From the NCBI GenBank assembly GCA_010015805.1, contig ML978123.1:1364001-1428000 (forward strand): 64,000 nt of DNA. Reading direction: 5' to 3'. The position numbers and the translations under genes are program-made. This document shows, in pieces, positions 12,467-24,600 of this stretch. The notes beneath the pieces were generated by a model. It had not been told where the DNA came from and ran no database searches. It saw only the letters and a list, made by a program, of their open reading frames with translations. Source of the stretch: Rhizodiscina lignyota. Taxonomy: Eukaryota. How positions within the stretch are numbered: position 1 is the stretch's first letter; each line of letters starts with the position of its first letter.

Positions 12467-13410
12467 ATGGAAAGCACATACAAGGAGCCAACGGCACTCA
12501 TTGTGCTGTCTGGCATATTTCTGGCATTGGGTGCAGTATTTGCGCTGATCACAATTGTGGACATGATATGGCGACAAGGTTGGAAATCCATGATGTGGAT
12601 AATGTTAGTCTTCTCTATCTAGTTCATAACCACCACTGGCTCACAAAGTCGAACAGGATACCAGTCTATCCCATCAACGCCGCGTACATGGGTCCTCTTA
12701 CGCTCTACCTTTACTTCCGCTATGGACGGCCTTCGAAGCCTGAGAAGCGTAACCACGTCGCGGATACAGGGAAACAAGCCAAAGACATCGACGCAGAGTT
12801 GAAGGATGCTAGCGACGACGTCGAGAGCGGCATGGCGCACCACGGTGGTCATAACCACCACGATGAGCACCACATGGCTTTAGAAGAACAGATGCACAGC
12901 GACCACGACGCTCACGCAGGCCACAACATGCATAGCCACATGCACGGCCCTTCTGCCGATCGACCCATGTGGGCAACAGTACTCATCGGCGTGTCTCATT
13001 GCGGTGCCGGATGCGTTCTTGGCGACTTGGTAGGAGAATGGCTCGTCTTCGGCACTGGGGCAACAATCAACGGCGCCGATATCTGGCCCTGTCTGCTCAT
13101 CGACTACGCCTTCGCCTTGCTCTTCGGAATCATATTCCAGTACTTCAGTATCGCGCCGATGAGTGGGGAGTATGGTCCCAAGACGCTCTGGCGGGCGGCG
13201 AAAGCGGACTTCCTGAGTCTGACGTTCTTCGAGATCGGCCTGTTCGGGTGGATGGTCGCGTACCAGGTTGGAATTTGGGACTATCGCCTGGAGATGAATA
13301 CGTGGACGTACTGGTGGATGATGCAGGTGGGAATGATCCTCGGCTTCGTTACGGCCACTCCGATCAACTGGTGGCTGATTACAAAGAATATCAAGGAGCC
13401 GTGTGCGTGA
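12467..13410 (+). CDS. DUF4396-family integral membrane protein with His-rich loop, 1 intron
   Basis: Exons 12467-12603 and 12657-13410. Motifs HCGAGCVLGD, FEIGLFGWM, WWMMQVGMILGFVTATPINWWL; HHGGHNHHDEHH...HAGHNMHSHMH linker. Confidence 0.82.
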
Positions 13411-13615
13411 TGGGGCCTGGGGAAAGTCTTCCAATGCAGAATGAGATATGAAAGTTACGAATAATATCATAATGTTAATTTTTAACTCCAAGCCTGGAGA
13501 TTGGCATGAGAAACTAGTGATTAACAAAGCCGCTGAATGCTGTGCATATATGCGTGATAAACGTATCTACATTGAAGTAACGAAATGAATAAACCCTATC
13601 CCAATGCAAATGTCT

Positions 13616-15191
13616 CTATACGGTATGAGGATTGTAACCTGGTAATTCCACAGGCGCCAAGTCTCGTTGTGTAGGCAGCTCGTGCCTGTCCTGCGACTCC
13701 ATCTCATACATTGGAGTTTGATCGCCTTGGGATCCAGAATTGGGCGGACTCGAGTACCGATACTTGGCGTCAACCGGCCCATACGCGACGCCACTGTTAT
13801 TCTTAGCAAGGCCTTCACTTTCACCTCCTTGCGCGGCCATTGGTGTCCCTGCGTCTCTTCTCCTCCGTCTCCCAAGAAACCAGAAGAGTGCACCGACGAG
13901 GCCGAGAGCTGCGATGCCGCCGATCACAGGACCTGCTATCCAGGCTTTGCTGCTGCTTCCTCCGCCACTGCTCGAAGAGGGTGTAGTGGTAGGTGGTGAT
14001 GTAGGTGAAGAGGAGGACGGGGATGACGAGGATGAGGATGAGGACGAGACTGTGCCACCTTGTAGCGCCAAGACGTAGCCCTGCGAGTTGGGGAGCGGCG
14101 AACCGATGCCGGATTTGAGATAGCAGTTCTGGAATCCATTCTTCATTTCAGTGTCGAGAATAACGCCAACGCATTTGCCGAGGGAGTACTCTTCGCAAGC
14201 GCTGACGCAGTCTTGTATGGTGGCGGCATGGAATTGCGACAGATCGTTGCCTGGTTGGTTTTGGTTGCAGCTCAGTGTATAGCCAGTGCCGTTCTCAGAC
14301 GTAATGACTTGATTTTCCTTGCACACCTCCTTGATTGTCGGCATATGTGCGACAGCTGCGTGGATCACGGGACGACCGTTAGCGCCAGGTGCCGGACCTG
14401 TCGGGACGTAGCCGTTCGAGATGTTGTACTTCGCGTAGCAATTTCCGTAGCCGTTTTCCATCCCTGTAAACAATGGTCAGTGATCCAATCAAGTATATCA
14501 GCACCGGCCTCCAAGTTGAGTCGTACCTGGATTGTATGCCACGCCTTCGCAAAGGTCTTGCGCTTTCGTACATAGGTCCATGCAGTTCTGGAGGCTTGTG
14601 GCGTGGAAAAGACAGTTCAAAGCAGGGCTTGCCCAGGGGCAGTAATCAGCACCAACGATATCTTGATTGCAATGGATGGTAAAGTTCAGCCCATTCTCCT
14701 CTTGCACCGTGCCATTCTTGAAAGGGCAGGCCGTATCATATGGTTGCAGCTCCGAGTTCCTTGCGACTGCGAGATTTGTATCGGAGGAATTGCTTGCGGC
14801 TGAAGGGAGATATGTGAATGTGTCGTTCTTAAACCAACAAACTCCAGCGTCAAAGTTGAACGCGACACCGAAGCACAACGGTCTTTCTGTTGCGCATCTA
14901 TCCATACAATCTTCCATCGTGTTCTCCGTAGTGGTTATAGCCGCTCCTCCGGCTTGAGGAACGAGATCCCAGAAGGGTTGATTCTGCCCGCAGTACATGT
15001 CGAAATCGAGGCCGGAGATGGTTTGGTATGTATCGGGACATTCGCTGTCTGCGCGCCGATTCAAGTGGTTCATGATGCCTTTGATATATCAATGAGAAAC
15101 GCGCTCTATACCTCGCGATTGGGAGAATACACTTACCTGATGAATGCGCAAGGCTGGCGGCTCCAAGAGCCAAAACCGCACTTCTCCACAT
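13616..15191 (-). CDS. Type I membrane protein with three PAN/apple-like modules, Ser/Thr stalk and Mid2/Skg6-like TM, 2 introns
   Basis: Signal peptide MWRSAVLALGAASLAHSS; three modules C..CMDxC...CxGV.....CxxK; poly-Ser; TM AWIAGPVIGGIAALGLVGALFWFL followed by RRRRR. Confidence 0.8.
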
Positions 15192-15728
15192 TTTCGCGGC
15201 CTGTCTCGATCCGGGAGACCGCTCAAAAAGGCATATAGAAAGTAGTGTTGCACGAAATACGAAAGGCAAAGAGCGACTGGTCTATAGTAGAACGTATATT
15301 GAACGGAAGACGAAGGAAGAAGACGCGGAGACTTTCAGACTTGAAGAGGAGATGCGGATTTACCGGTGACATCGCGTAACTGAGTTCAGTGCTAGCTCAG
15401 GCTATATTTAAGCCACCATGCCTCGAAGTCGATAGTTTGCTGCAAAGCACAATTTGAGCGGGCGCAGGATTGCCCTTAGATTGCGCGCCAGCCATTCTTG
15501 ATGGGACGTTGAGGCTGAAGCGCGCACGCCATTGGCTGGCATGGCGCCAGCACCCGCATCTATTCCCCGGCGGGCCTGGTGGCGGAGTAAGAATCGACGT
15601 CGCGAGTCCTGAAACAGGCACAACGTCTCTCCGACTTGGCATCCACTTCGTCTTTTGAACATCTTCATTTAACCGTGCAGGGCATCGTGACTGCATTCCA
15701 ATTCTATTTTACCACTGCCGAGCCCGCC

Positions 15729-16325
15729 ATGTCCGCTCCAACGAAGGTCAGTCTGCGTGCGCCGACAACTGTTGCGGGCAGTTCCTCAACACCACCAGGC
15801 GACGCGCCGTCCCTCGACTGGATGCTCGGTACCTGGCATGTTACACACGCCACTCTGCCCATGTGGAAGTCGAAGTGCAATGTCCGTATAACTTATACGA
15901 AGCTGCCGCCAGCAGGGGACGACTCTCACCCCAGAGTTGATGACCTTGTCGAATACCAGTCCCCAGGCAATCCAAAGACCAAGAGTGTCAATGGCATCAG
16001 TCGCTCAGATCCGAAAGCGGGCTTGAGCCCTGGCTGGGCATGGCATTGGCGTGGAAAGGGACTCCTCAAGATTGCCAGCAGCAATTGGGAAGTTCTCGGT
16101 TATGGCGAAGTCAACGACGGCGGAGAGCCCAACAGCTTCATCGTAACGTACTTCACGAAGACTCTCTTTACACCTGCTGGAATCGACGTCTATAGTCGCA
16201 ACAAGAAGCTCTCAGAATCGACATTGGCAAGCATCAAGGGCGCCTTAGAAGGCTTCGAGGATCCAGCTCTGAAGAAACTGTCGGGAGAGATATTCGAAGT
16301 TCCAACGGAGGACAGCAAGCCTTGA
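15729..16325 (+). CDS. Conserved fungal lipocalin/calycin-like protein of unknown function
   Basis: ATG in GCCATG context. Motifs LGTWHVTH, WRGKGLLKIASSNWEVLG, YFTKTLFTPAGIDVYSR; the GxW motif suggests a calycin fold (inference). Confidence 0.75.
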   Translation: MSAPTKVSLRAPTTVAGSSSTPPGDAPSLDWMLGTWHVTHATLPMWKSKCNVRITYTKLPPAGDDSHPRVDDLVEYQSPGNPKTKSVNGISRSDPKAGLSPGWAWHWRGKGLLKIASSNWEVLGYGEVNDGGEPNSFIVTYFTKTLFTPAGIDVYSRNKKLSESTLASIKGALEGFEDPALKKLSGEIFEVPTEDSKP

Positions 16326-16724
16326 GAGACGATACAAAATCGTATCGAAAAACAACCACACGCGAAAACGATGTCATACATACATGATGCAGAGATTCTG
16401 GAACGCCGGCAAAACTTAAACCCTCCATGGCTGCGGCACACGAAAATAGCGTGGAGTGGTGCATACAGAGCCTCACGCTAGGCGTTTTGCGGCTCGGTCT
16501 GAAGTCCGCCAACTTCGGAAACATCCATCCATTAACCGGGGAACATCATGTACTCGCCATATCCGACGAGACGTGGAAAGTAATTGACACGATGAGAGGT
16601 ATTCAGTTGATGGCCTAGAAACAATTCTCTTATTGCTGGAAAGTTCATTGCACTGGTGGAATTCACTAATATACCCCATTTCGCTCTTTCGCCATTGGAA
16701 TCTCTCGGTTGCTCTCAAGTCACA

Positions 16725-17739
16725 ATGTCTTCGTATCCTCAGAACAACCGTACATATCAAATAATACATGCTGCTCAAGCAGGCAAATATGCTGTCGGGG
16801 GATTCTGTGTGTATGTTTCTCTCATTATATTGTGTTATCACCTTGGTTCTTTGTGTGCTTAATCGCTTTGGTTAAAGCCATTAAAGTTCTGCGTCTTATT
16901 CTATCTAAGAGACTAAGTATTTCCTTCCTCCACAACCACGTGCTCACACAGTTGCCAGCTACAACTACGACGGCGTCGCTGCCGTCGTCCGCGCTGCAGA
17001 AGCAAACAACTCACCAGCGCTGATCCAATTCTTCCCCTGGACAATCCACTTCCAAGGCAAGCACTTCATCCAATTCGCCGCCGACCTCGCGCACTCGGCA
17101 AAGGTACCCATCGCTCTGCACCTGGACCACTGCATCAAGCCCGAGGACGCCGAGATAGCGCTGCAGCTGCCCTTCGACAGCATCATGGTCGACGGCTCGC
17201 TCTTCGACGAGGAAGGAAACATCGCGTACGTCAAGAGCATCGTGCAGAAGGCCGAGAAGGTGGGGCAGACGGTCGAGGCGGAGCTCGGCAGGATGGAGGG
17301 CGGGTACAAGGACGTGCTCGAGGTTGCGGAAGGGAGTGGTGTCTTTACGGAGCCGGAGGCCGCGAAGAAGTTTGTGCAGGAGACGGGGGTGCATTTCCTT
17401 GCGCCGAGTTTTGGCAATGTGCATGGCCCGTATCCGGAGCCTGGCGCGGAGAGGTGGTGGCAGATGGATCGGTTAAGACGGATTAGAGAGGAGGTGGGTG
17501 ATGTGTGCCCGTTGGTGTTGCATGGGACGGCTATTAGCGATGATCTGCTTAAGAAGGGCATCGAGGCAGGTTTTTATAAGGTCAACCAAAACAAGATGGT
17601 GCGGCGGAGGTACATGAAGTTCCTGGCCGAGGAGGCGGGCAAGTACGAGTTGACAGACTTGCAAGAGAAGGGAGTGCAGATCTACGCAGAGGAAATTGGG
17701 GAGATGATGAAATTGCTGGGTTCGGTGGGGAAGGCTTGA
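16725..17739 (+). CDS. Class II (Zn-dependent) ketose-bisphosphate aldolase paralog, 1 intron
   Basis: Exons 16725-16810 and 16959-17739. Motifs YAVGGFCVYN, LHLDHC, MVDGS, EAELG, FGNVHG, LVLHG. Confidence 0.9.
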
Positions 17740-17813
17740 ATGCTCTCTGTGTCCAGAAACGGTCGCTTTGCAGTCTACAGAACGTGGAAGATGCTGCGCT
17801 ATATACATATCAT

Positions 17814-18714
17814 CTACGTCCGGCCCGTGGAGTTCGTAATTGCTCCGTCCACGATGAACTCCGCGCCCGTGACATAATTCGCCGCATCGCTGGCCAAGAA
17901 CGCCGCTGCGTTCGCGATGTCGAACGGGTCTCCCATCTTCCCCGTCGGCACCTGATTATTTCTCGTTTTCTTGAAGCCTTCGACATCTCCCTGCAGTGCG
18001 ATTAGCTGTGTTCAGAAACCACTTGGAAATATGACTTACCCCAGCGTACTTGTCCGCCAGCATCGCCACGAGCGGCGTGTTCATCAGCCCCGGCACCACC
18101 ACATTAATGCGGATCCCCTTGGCCGCGTAAATCACCGAGCTCACCTTCGTGAACTGCACCACCGCCGCCTTCGTCGCCGCATACGCCACCTGCGGCTTCC
18201 CGATGTAGCGCATGCCCGCGATGCTGCTCACGTTGACCACCACGCCTCCGCCCTGCGCCTCCATCAGCGGGATGACCTCGTGGCAGCACAGGTACACGCT
18301 CTTCAGGTTCACGTCGACCTGCATGTCCCACACCCGCTCCTCCATGTCGCCCGGCGCGCCCTTCTCGCTCATGCCCACGTTGTTCACCAGGATATCGATG
18401 CGGCCGTACTTCTCCACGCACCGCTTCACCAGGTTCTGCACGTCCGCCTTCTTCGTCACGTCCGCCGCGCACACCTCCACCTCGCCGCCCTCCGCGCGGA
18501 TGCGGTCGCGCGTCGCCTCGGCCCGCTCGACGCGCAGGTCGCAGCCGAAGACCTTGGCGCCGTTGCCGCAGAGGATGCGTGCTGTCGCGGCGCCGTTGCC
18601 CCACATCTTGGGGTCGCCGGACTGGCCGATGCCGGTGAGGAGGACGACTTTGCCTGCGAGGGAGGCGTGCGATGTACCCTGGGCCTCTGGGATGTTGGAG
18701 ATGTAGGGCGCCAT
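17814..18714 (-). CDS. Short-chain dehydrogenase/reductase, 1 intron (17991-18039)
   Basis: TGIGQSG...WGNG nucleotide-binding loop, ILVNNVG, catalytic YAATK, and C-terminal [19 protein letters not shown] after splicing. Confidence 0.92.
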
Positions 18715-19929
18715 GGTGAGTTGTGAGAAATGTGAGGTGGTTGTGGTTGTAGCGAGATGGGCTGACTGAGAGGAGACGACACCACGGGGTCTTATGAGAT
18801 GTTTGAATAGACAGATACAGATATATACGTGATAGAAAGCGAATCTGAACCTTCAACAAACTCAATTGCACTTCTGACGCGCGGGATTCAGACGGAAAAG
18901 CTTCGATCGTGAAGACGTGAAGTCGACGGAAAAGAAAACGAAGGCTTTACCTACGCGCGTGAGAACCGCGTCGTTTTTCCCCGGGTCTAGTCTTTAGAGC
19001 CGGGGGCTTACATCACAAGTTTTGCCAGCGATTGCCAGCGATTCCCGCTGTATGTAGAGCTTCGCCTGCGGGGATGGATAGATGGATGTGGTTGAAGGGC
19101 CCGCGGCTCAAAGAATTCCGAACACCGGACGCTAATGGATATGCGGGAGGATCACCGCGTCAACGTGACTTTCCACGACACGAATAGGAGGCATGGTAAA
19201 GGTCATTAGGGAGGTAGTTCAATCGTGTATGAAAAGTGACTGTTTTTCTATGTGCACCGCCTCAGAAACTATCATTACAATCCATCCCGTCCCCGATGGT
19301 TCATGAAGTCTTCTTGACAACCTCCACCCCGCATGTTTGTCTGCCGTTGCCGTTGAAGAAGAACTCCACGCTGGATTGAATTACAAAACCGCCAGGAGTT
19401 GCAACCATGCCATGCTTTCCTTCTCAATTATGTACCGCCGAAAGTGAAAGTGGAATTAACAAGACGCAAGGAGAGGCATTACACGTCACGCATGCAGGCC
19501 ATGCAGTAAACAAAGTAGAAACAGGTTGTGCAGATCCATGTCTATCGAGAAGGAAAAAAGGCCCAGAGAGCAGTCCATCAAATTACAAAGTTTTTGAAGA
19601 GAAGGGGACATAAAAGAAGAGGCAGACCAGCCACGCTATGCAGACGCTTGAAAACTTGAGAAAGGCAGAAAAGACACAGGAAAGTCAGAGGGTCTATCTG
19701 TAAAGGAAAAGTCCATGTTCTTCCCGTAGAAAGACACTAAACATATTCGGGAGTGATCTCAGCGCCAGCACCAAGACAGTGCTACGAGAGGTATTCGGAA
19801 TGTTGTTGGAAGGAATCTCAGAAGGAACCAGAACGTCGTCGAGCATACACAGAGAAAATCGGCAGATAGAAAACCCAGCCCCGAAAAAGACTTCTCGGTT
19901 GACCTGGCTTCTCCTGTGTGCAGGACCGT

Positions 19930-22327
19930 TCAATTGTCCCCCTTGAGCAGCGACAACGCATACGGGCCAACGCCCTTGCCGAAATCCATCAAAAGCGCAC
20001 GGCCGTCTTGGCTAGTCGCCACGATCCTGCGGTAGTCGCTCTTCGCGCTCAGGATCCAGCTCGTCGTCCAATTCTCGTAAGCGCCTGTCTGAGCTGTCAC
20101 GGTTGTTGGGCTCTGCGCTTGTCTGGGCGGATTCGGATCACCGCCAAGCCCTGCGCCGGTGGTGAAGTCGTACACGCGCACGGCCTGATCGTAGCTGCCG
20201 CTCACGACGCGGTTGTTCTCCGAGTCGAGGAAGAGACTGCGAACCAACCCTTGATGGCCGCTGTATGTGTGCACAAGCGCCCCGGTTTCTGCGTCGTACT
20301 TGTGAATGACTTGGTCGTTGCCACCTGCCAGCACATGCTTGCCATCGTCACTGAACTCGACGGCTGCGAGACCACGGTCACGCGAGTTGAAGTGCTTGAT
20401 GTACTTCATCTCGTTGAGGCACCAGAGCCTGGTGACGCCATCGCTGGAGGCAGAGATGAGCTTTGAGCCGCGCATTTGAAGGGCATTGACGGGTCCCCGG
20501 TGGCCGGTGAGGATCTTGACGAGCTCTCCGTTGTTTCGGTCCCAGACGCAGATTGAGTTGTCCTTGCTGCAGGAGACGATGTAGCGCTTGTCGAAACAGA
20601 CGTCCAAGACGCCCGCTGAGTGGTGCTCAAGACGCCACTTCGGCTCCCACGTCTTCAGATCCCAGACAATGCAGGTAGAATCGCTTGATCCAGTGACCAT
20701 GATCTCCTCGTCAAAGCGGAGGCAGAGGACGCTCGCGGAGTGGTATTCTCTAGGAATGTGGTAAATCGCATCTCCAGCTGGGGTACCATTAAGGTTCACA
20801 CCTCTGTGAACAGTCATCGGGTGACAGTCAAGAGCAACCTCGGTGACGCTCGGCGAGACAGGCTTAGCTGCCGGACCGCCAATGACCTTGACGCATTCAT
20901 ACGTATTGATATCCCAGACACGTATCGTGCGATCTCGGCTGCCGGTGATAATCTTGCGCTCGTCGAACTGCGCGCAGTATACGCTATCCGTGTGACCTTG
21001 AAAGTAGATCGCATTCGGAGTTCCCGTTCGCCAATTGCGCTCGATCGCTTGCCGCGCTTCGAACTTTGTCTTCCAAACCTCCTTGTCGCAGTCAAGCTTG
21101 CCGATGCCCGCACCGCCCATCTGCACCGCCTGCGCTATGTTTCGCGGCTTGAAGCGGTTCATGAAGACATCACGCCAGAGGCTTCCGTTGTCACGAGATG
21201 CCAACGAAGCCCATCCTTTCGAAACCGCGGATGCTCGGCACAGAGAGGTATGATCAAGGTAGGAAAGAATAAGCGTGGCCAGCTCGGGTGGTAGCATAGT
21301 GAACGGGTCTATGTCAATCATGTTAGTAAGATGCTGCACAAAAAGATTCCTGAACGGCAGAAGATGCTGTAATAGATAAGATCATCGTTGTTCTTAGGCA
21401 GACACTTCCAGATCCAATCAGAAGAGAAGTTGCGATTGACTTACCATACCCGGCGAGAGAGCCAATCACGGAATCCACCTCCATCGCGTATTCCACTTTC
21501 GTATACTCCAAATCCATCAAGGGGTTTGGAACACCTGCCCTCGAGCACTTCGTGTCTTTCCTGGCAAGCATGCCCGGCCTGCTGCCTCCGAGATTCATGT
21601 TGCTAGCACTTGCAGCGGCGGCCGCTGACGCTCTGGCAGCTGCGCCTGGCCTTGGCCAATCGAACTGTTGTGCTTGCTGGTTCTGAAGTTGCGCAGCAAG
21701 CAGAGGGTGGTAGTATGGGTAAGTGCAATCGGCAGCAGTTTGGCCTGAGGCAGTGGAAAAGGCGTCTCTACGGCCACGGCTATAACTCTTCATGCGCCTC
21801 AGGAAGCTTGCTCTCTTTGAGGTGGTATTCTTTGGCTGTGGAGCAGAGCCAAGAATGATATCAGGCCGCGCTGTGAACGGGCGTTCCACCTCTGGGATCG
21901 GGATGGGCAAGTCCAGCGGGAGAGGTAACACTGCTTCGATCTTCTCCTTGCTGCTCCTCCGACTCTTACCTGCAGCGTTTAAAGTAGTCGAGGCCCTCCT
22001 GACCAAGGTGCGTCCCAGTGACAGAATGCTCGAGCCACCTGACGTGGAGGTGCGCTGGCTTGCTTCGGGGTATATGACTTGTCCTTCTTCTGGAGTGTCT
22101 TCTGGGGGAAAGACGACACTCCATCGATATTCTTCGGGGGTATTCTTCGGCACGTCCTGCGCTATCCGCCTCAAAGCATCGGCGGAGGGTGTTCGGGATA
22201 TTGAAGGGACCGCGGAGTGGCTGTGGCTCGAGGGAGGCGGTGGAGGGAGTCCGGGAGAAGTCGAGGGGCGGAAGGGCAGGTAGGAGGAGCGGCGTTGGAA
22301 GTTTGTGGGAGGTTGCCCAAGCACCAT
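19930..22327 (-). CDS. F-box/WD40 protein (FWD-1/Pof11/beta-TrCP-like SCF substrate receptor), intron 21309-21444
   Basis: F-box DPFTMLPPELATLILSYLD; WD40 repeats GHTDSVYC, ITGSRDRTIRVWD, GSSDSTCIVWD, GHRGPVNAL. Intron has GTAAGT donor and TACTAAC branch. Confidence 0.88.
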
Positions 22328-23543
22328 GATGGGTGCGGAGTGAAAATTTTGTATCGAGAGTTGTGCGTAGGTTTTTTTAGACTGGGTCGATGTCGGTGTA
22401 GGGGTGTTTTGTCTCGGTCACGCGTGCTGACACAGCAGTATAGGTAAGATTCAGTGAGCGGCGGCCGTTGTTGGGCTCGGAGCGAATAGGTTGCTGCTTG
22501 CGAGAGGCTGAGGCTGAGAGGCTGATGGTGTAGAGTGGCAATATAGTGAATGTGAAGGGTGAGAGTGGACGCGCGCAGGATGTTGATTTAAACGAAGGTC
22601 AGTCGAAACCCGAAATCGGGACTCGACGGCGCGTGCCCGTGGCCGGCGGAGGGCGCAGGGTCTAGAGGAGGCTGGAAGAGCGTGTTATGGGAGCGAGGAA
22701 GGCGGCGCTCTGGAGGTGTCGAGAGGGTTGCAGGCTTGCGGTCATGGTGAGGGAAGGCGTGGGTGTTTAGGTTCAGCGTTGCGCTGTATGGAGTCGGCGT
22801 GATGAGAAGTTTGGCGGGCCGCACCCCTGCACCTGCAGGCGCCCCTGCTGCCTGTTACACGCCAGAGCCAACTCCTCCACGGCAACCAGCTGAGCGCAAC
22901 GGCGTGCAACGCCTCTGCTATACCCTCTCACCACTCTTCGCCGCCGTAATCGTAATGCCGCCGACTGCAGAGGTTGGGCGACGCCGGACGTCCGTCTGCA
23001 TTTTCATCTACAACGGCGCCTGCTCGCCTGCTCGACTTCGCACTCACAGGCACGCTGCATCTGGCTCACCGCCGGTGTCTGTCGCTAAGAAGGCCGATAA
23101 CGCCATCACCACTTGGGCATCTGCACGCAAGCAGCACCGCGAAACTACTGTCAGCTGCACTGCTACTCCCTCGCCGCTCTCGTAAATGCGCTTCTCACAC
23201 GCATCGAGCCCTATCCCCACGCAGAAGGATTGGCTATCCTGTTTCAAATGTGCATGTTAGACCATCCCTGGACATTACTTGCGCATCTCGAAACAAGCAA
23301 ACAAGCCACTTCATCTTCCACCTCCTCCACCCTCCACTGTCCACGCGCCGCTGCACCAGCATGATGACGACGTAAACAATCAAATTTCCTGCCTTCATTC
23401 CACCCAGCAAGGCTGACAACGTGTAAAACTCGAGCCGATCTGCCCCATCGCCCGAATCTGCGCTTCGTTTTCTCTCGAATCTCCGAATATTCCCAGCGAG
23501 TAGCGTGCCATCCTTGCTCGATATCGACTTCACATTCATCACC

Positions 23544-24029
23544 ATGGCCTCTTCCGTCAATCCCATTCCGCTTCTATACCGACTGTTCTTCCTCTATGTG
23601 GAGCCGCTCTCGACCATTCTAGGCGCGTACTACGCCCATCTCGAACCTCTGACGTATTTGACCCTGACGCATTCCGCGTCCGCTCCGGCCTTCGTCGCAA
23701 CCATTCCCAAGGGAACTTCGGTCGTACTAACCCAGCTCGCAAATCTCTACTTCCTCTTTGCGCTGAACGAGGGTCTAGTCCTGCGATCTACAAATGACCT
23801 GAGGGTCTGGCGGACTTTGCTCTTCGGCTTGCTGGTTGCCGACTTTGGCCATCTGTACAGCTGCAAAGACCTAGGGCCGGACGTGTACTGGCAGTTCTGG
23901 AACTGGAACGCTATCGACTGGGGCAACATCGCGTTCGTCTACTGCGGAGCCGCAATGCGGAGCGCGTTTCTCCTCGGCGTAGGGCTGAAGGGAGGTTCAG
24001 ATGGATTAGCAAAGCGGAGAAGCCGATAG
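23544..24029 (+). CDS. Conserved small four-TM fungal membrane protein of unknown function
   Basis: ACCATG start; MASSVNPIPLLYRLFFLYVEP...LLVADFGHL...WGNIAFV...RSAFLLGVG; hydrophobic segments. Confidence 0.75.
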   Translation: MASSVNPIPLLYRLFFLYVEPLSTILGAYYAHLEPLTYLTLTHSASAPAFVATIPKGTSVVLTQLANLYFLFALNEGLVLRSTNDLRVWRTLLFGLLVADFGHLYSCKDLGPDVYWQFWNWNAIDWGNIAFVYCGAAMRSAFLLGVGLKGGSDGLAKRRSR

Positions 24030-24600
24030 GCATGTGAAGCACCTTACGGGGTCTCGTAGTTCTTCAGCTTCCCCACAACTTCGACGGACTCGCATTCGCA
24101 AGCCGGTTATCCGAGAAGCATTGTGCACAGCGAGGCCAATTGACTCATGGACTAGATGCGACATATCAACCGCATATCTATCCGCAATGGCCTGCCGTCT
24201 CTCGAACCGGTGTTTCAAAGAGCATGTGTAGCAATTGATGATCTCGACTGTTACGAAACAAGCCCACTAGAGCTGTATAGAAGTCTCGACTCATCCATGT
24301 GACTGGCACATGTGCGGGACCTTGCAGTACCTGGTCCCGTTCGAGGATACAGCTGTGTCGTCTGGACGTCTTCCGGAAGTGACTGCCTTATTCGGCTGCG
24401 TGTTCATGATATACTGTTCGTCATTGAAGGGCCACCCTCTGTGTCAACCTCTTGATCTTTCTATGACACAATTTGCGTTATGACTCTCCTTGTAAGCATG
24501 CTTATACTGGACAGCAACAGAATCAGAATCGAGGAGTCTTCTTGCGATTCCAAGTGACAGTGTTGAATGAGAATACATGATATTTAAAGCCCTCTGATAC

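Noticed and set aside
17971..18871. Long overlapping ORFs (251, 255 and 164 aa) over the SDR, and similar ones over the SOD, lectin and FRE genes
   Set aside because: Shadow frames caused by high GC3 codon bias; Arg/His/Ala-rich with no motifs.
19024..19043. Direct repeat GCCAGCGATT x2 upstream of the SDR
   Set aside because: Only two 10-bp copies; not distinguishable from slippage or chance.
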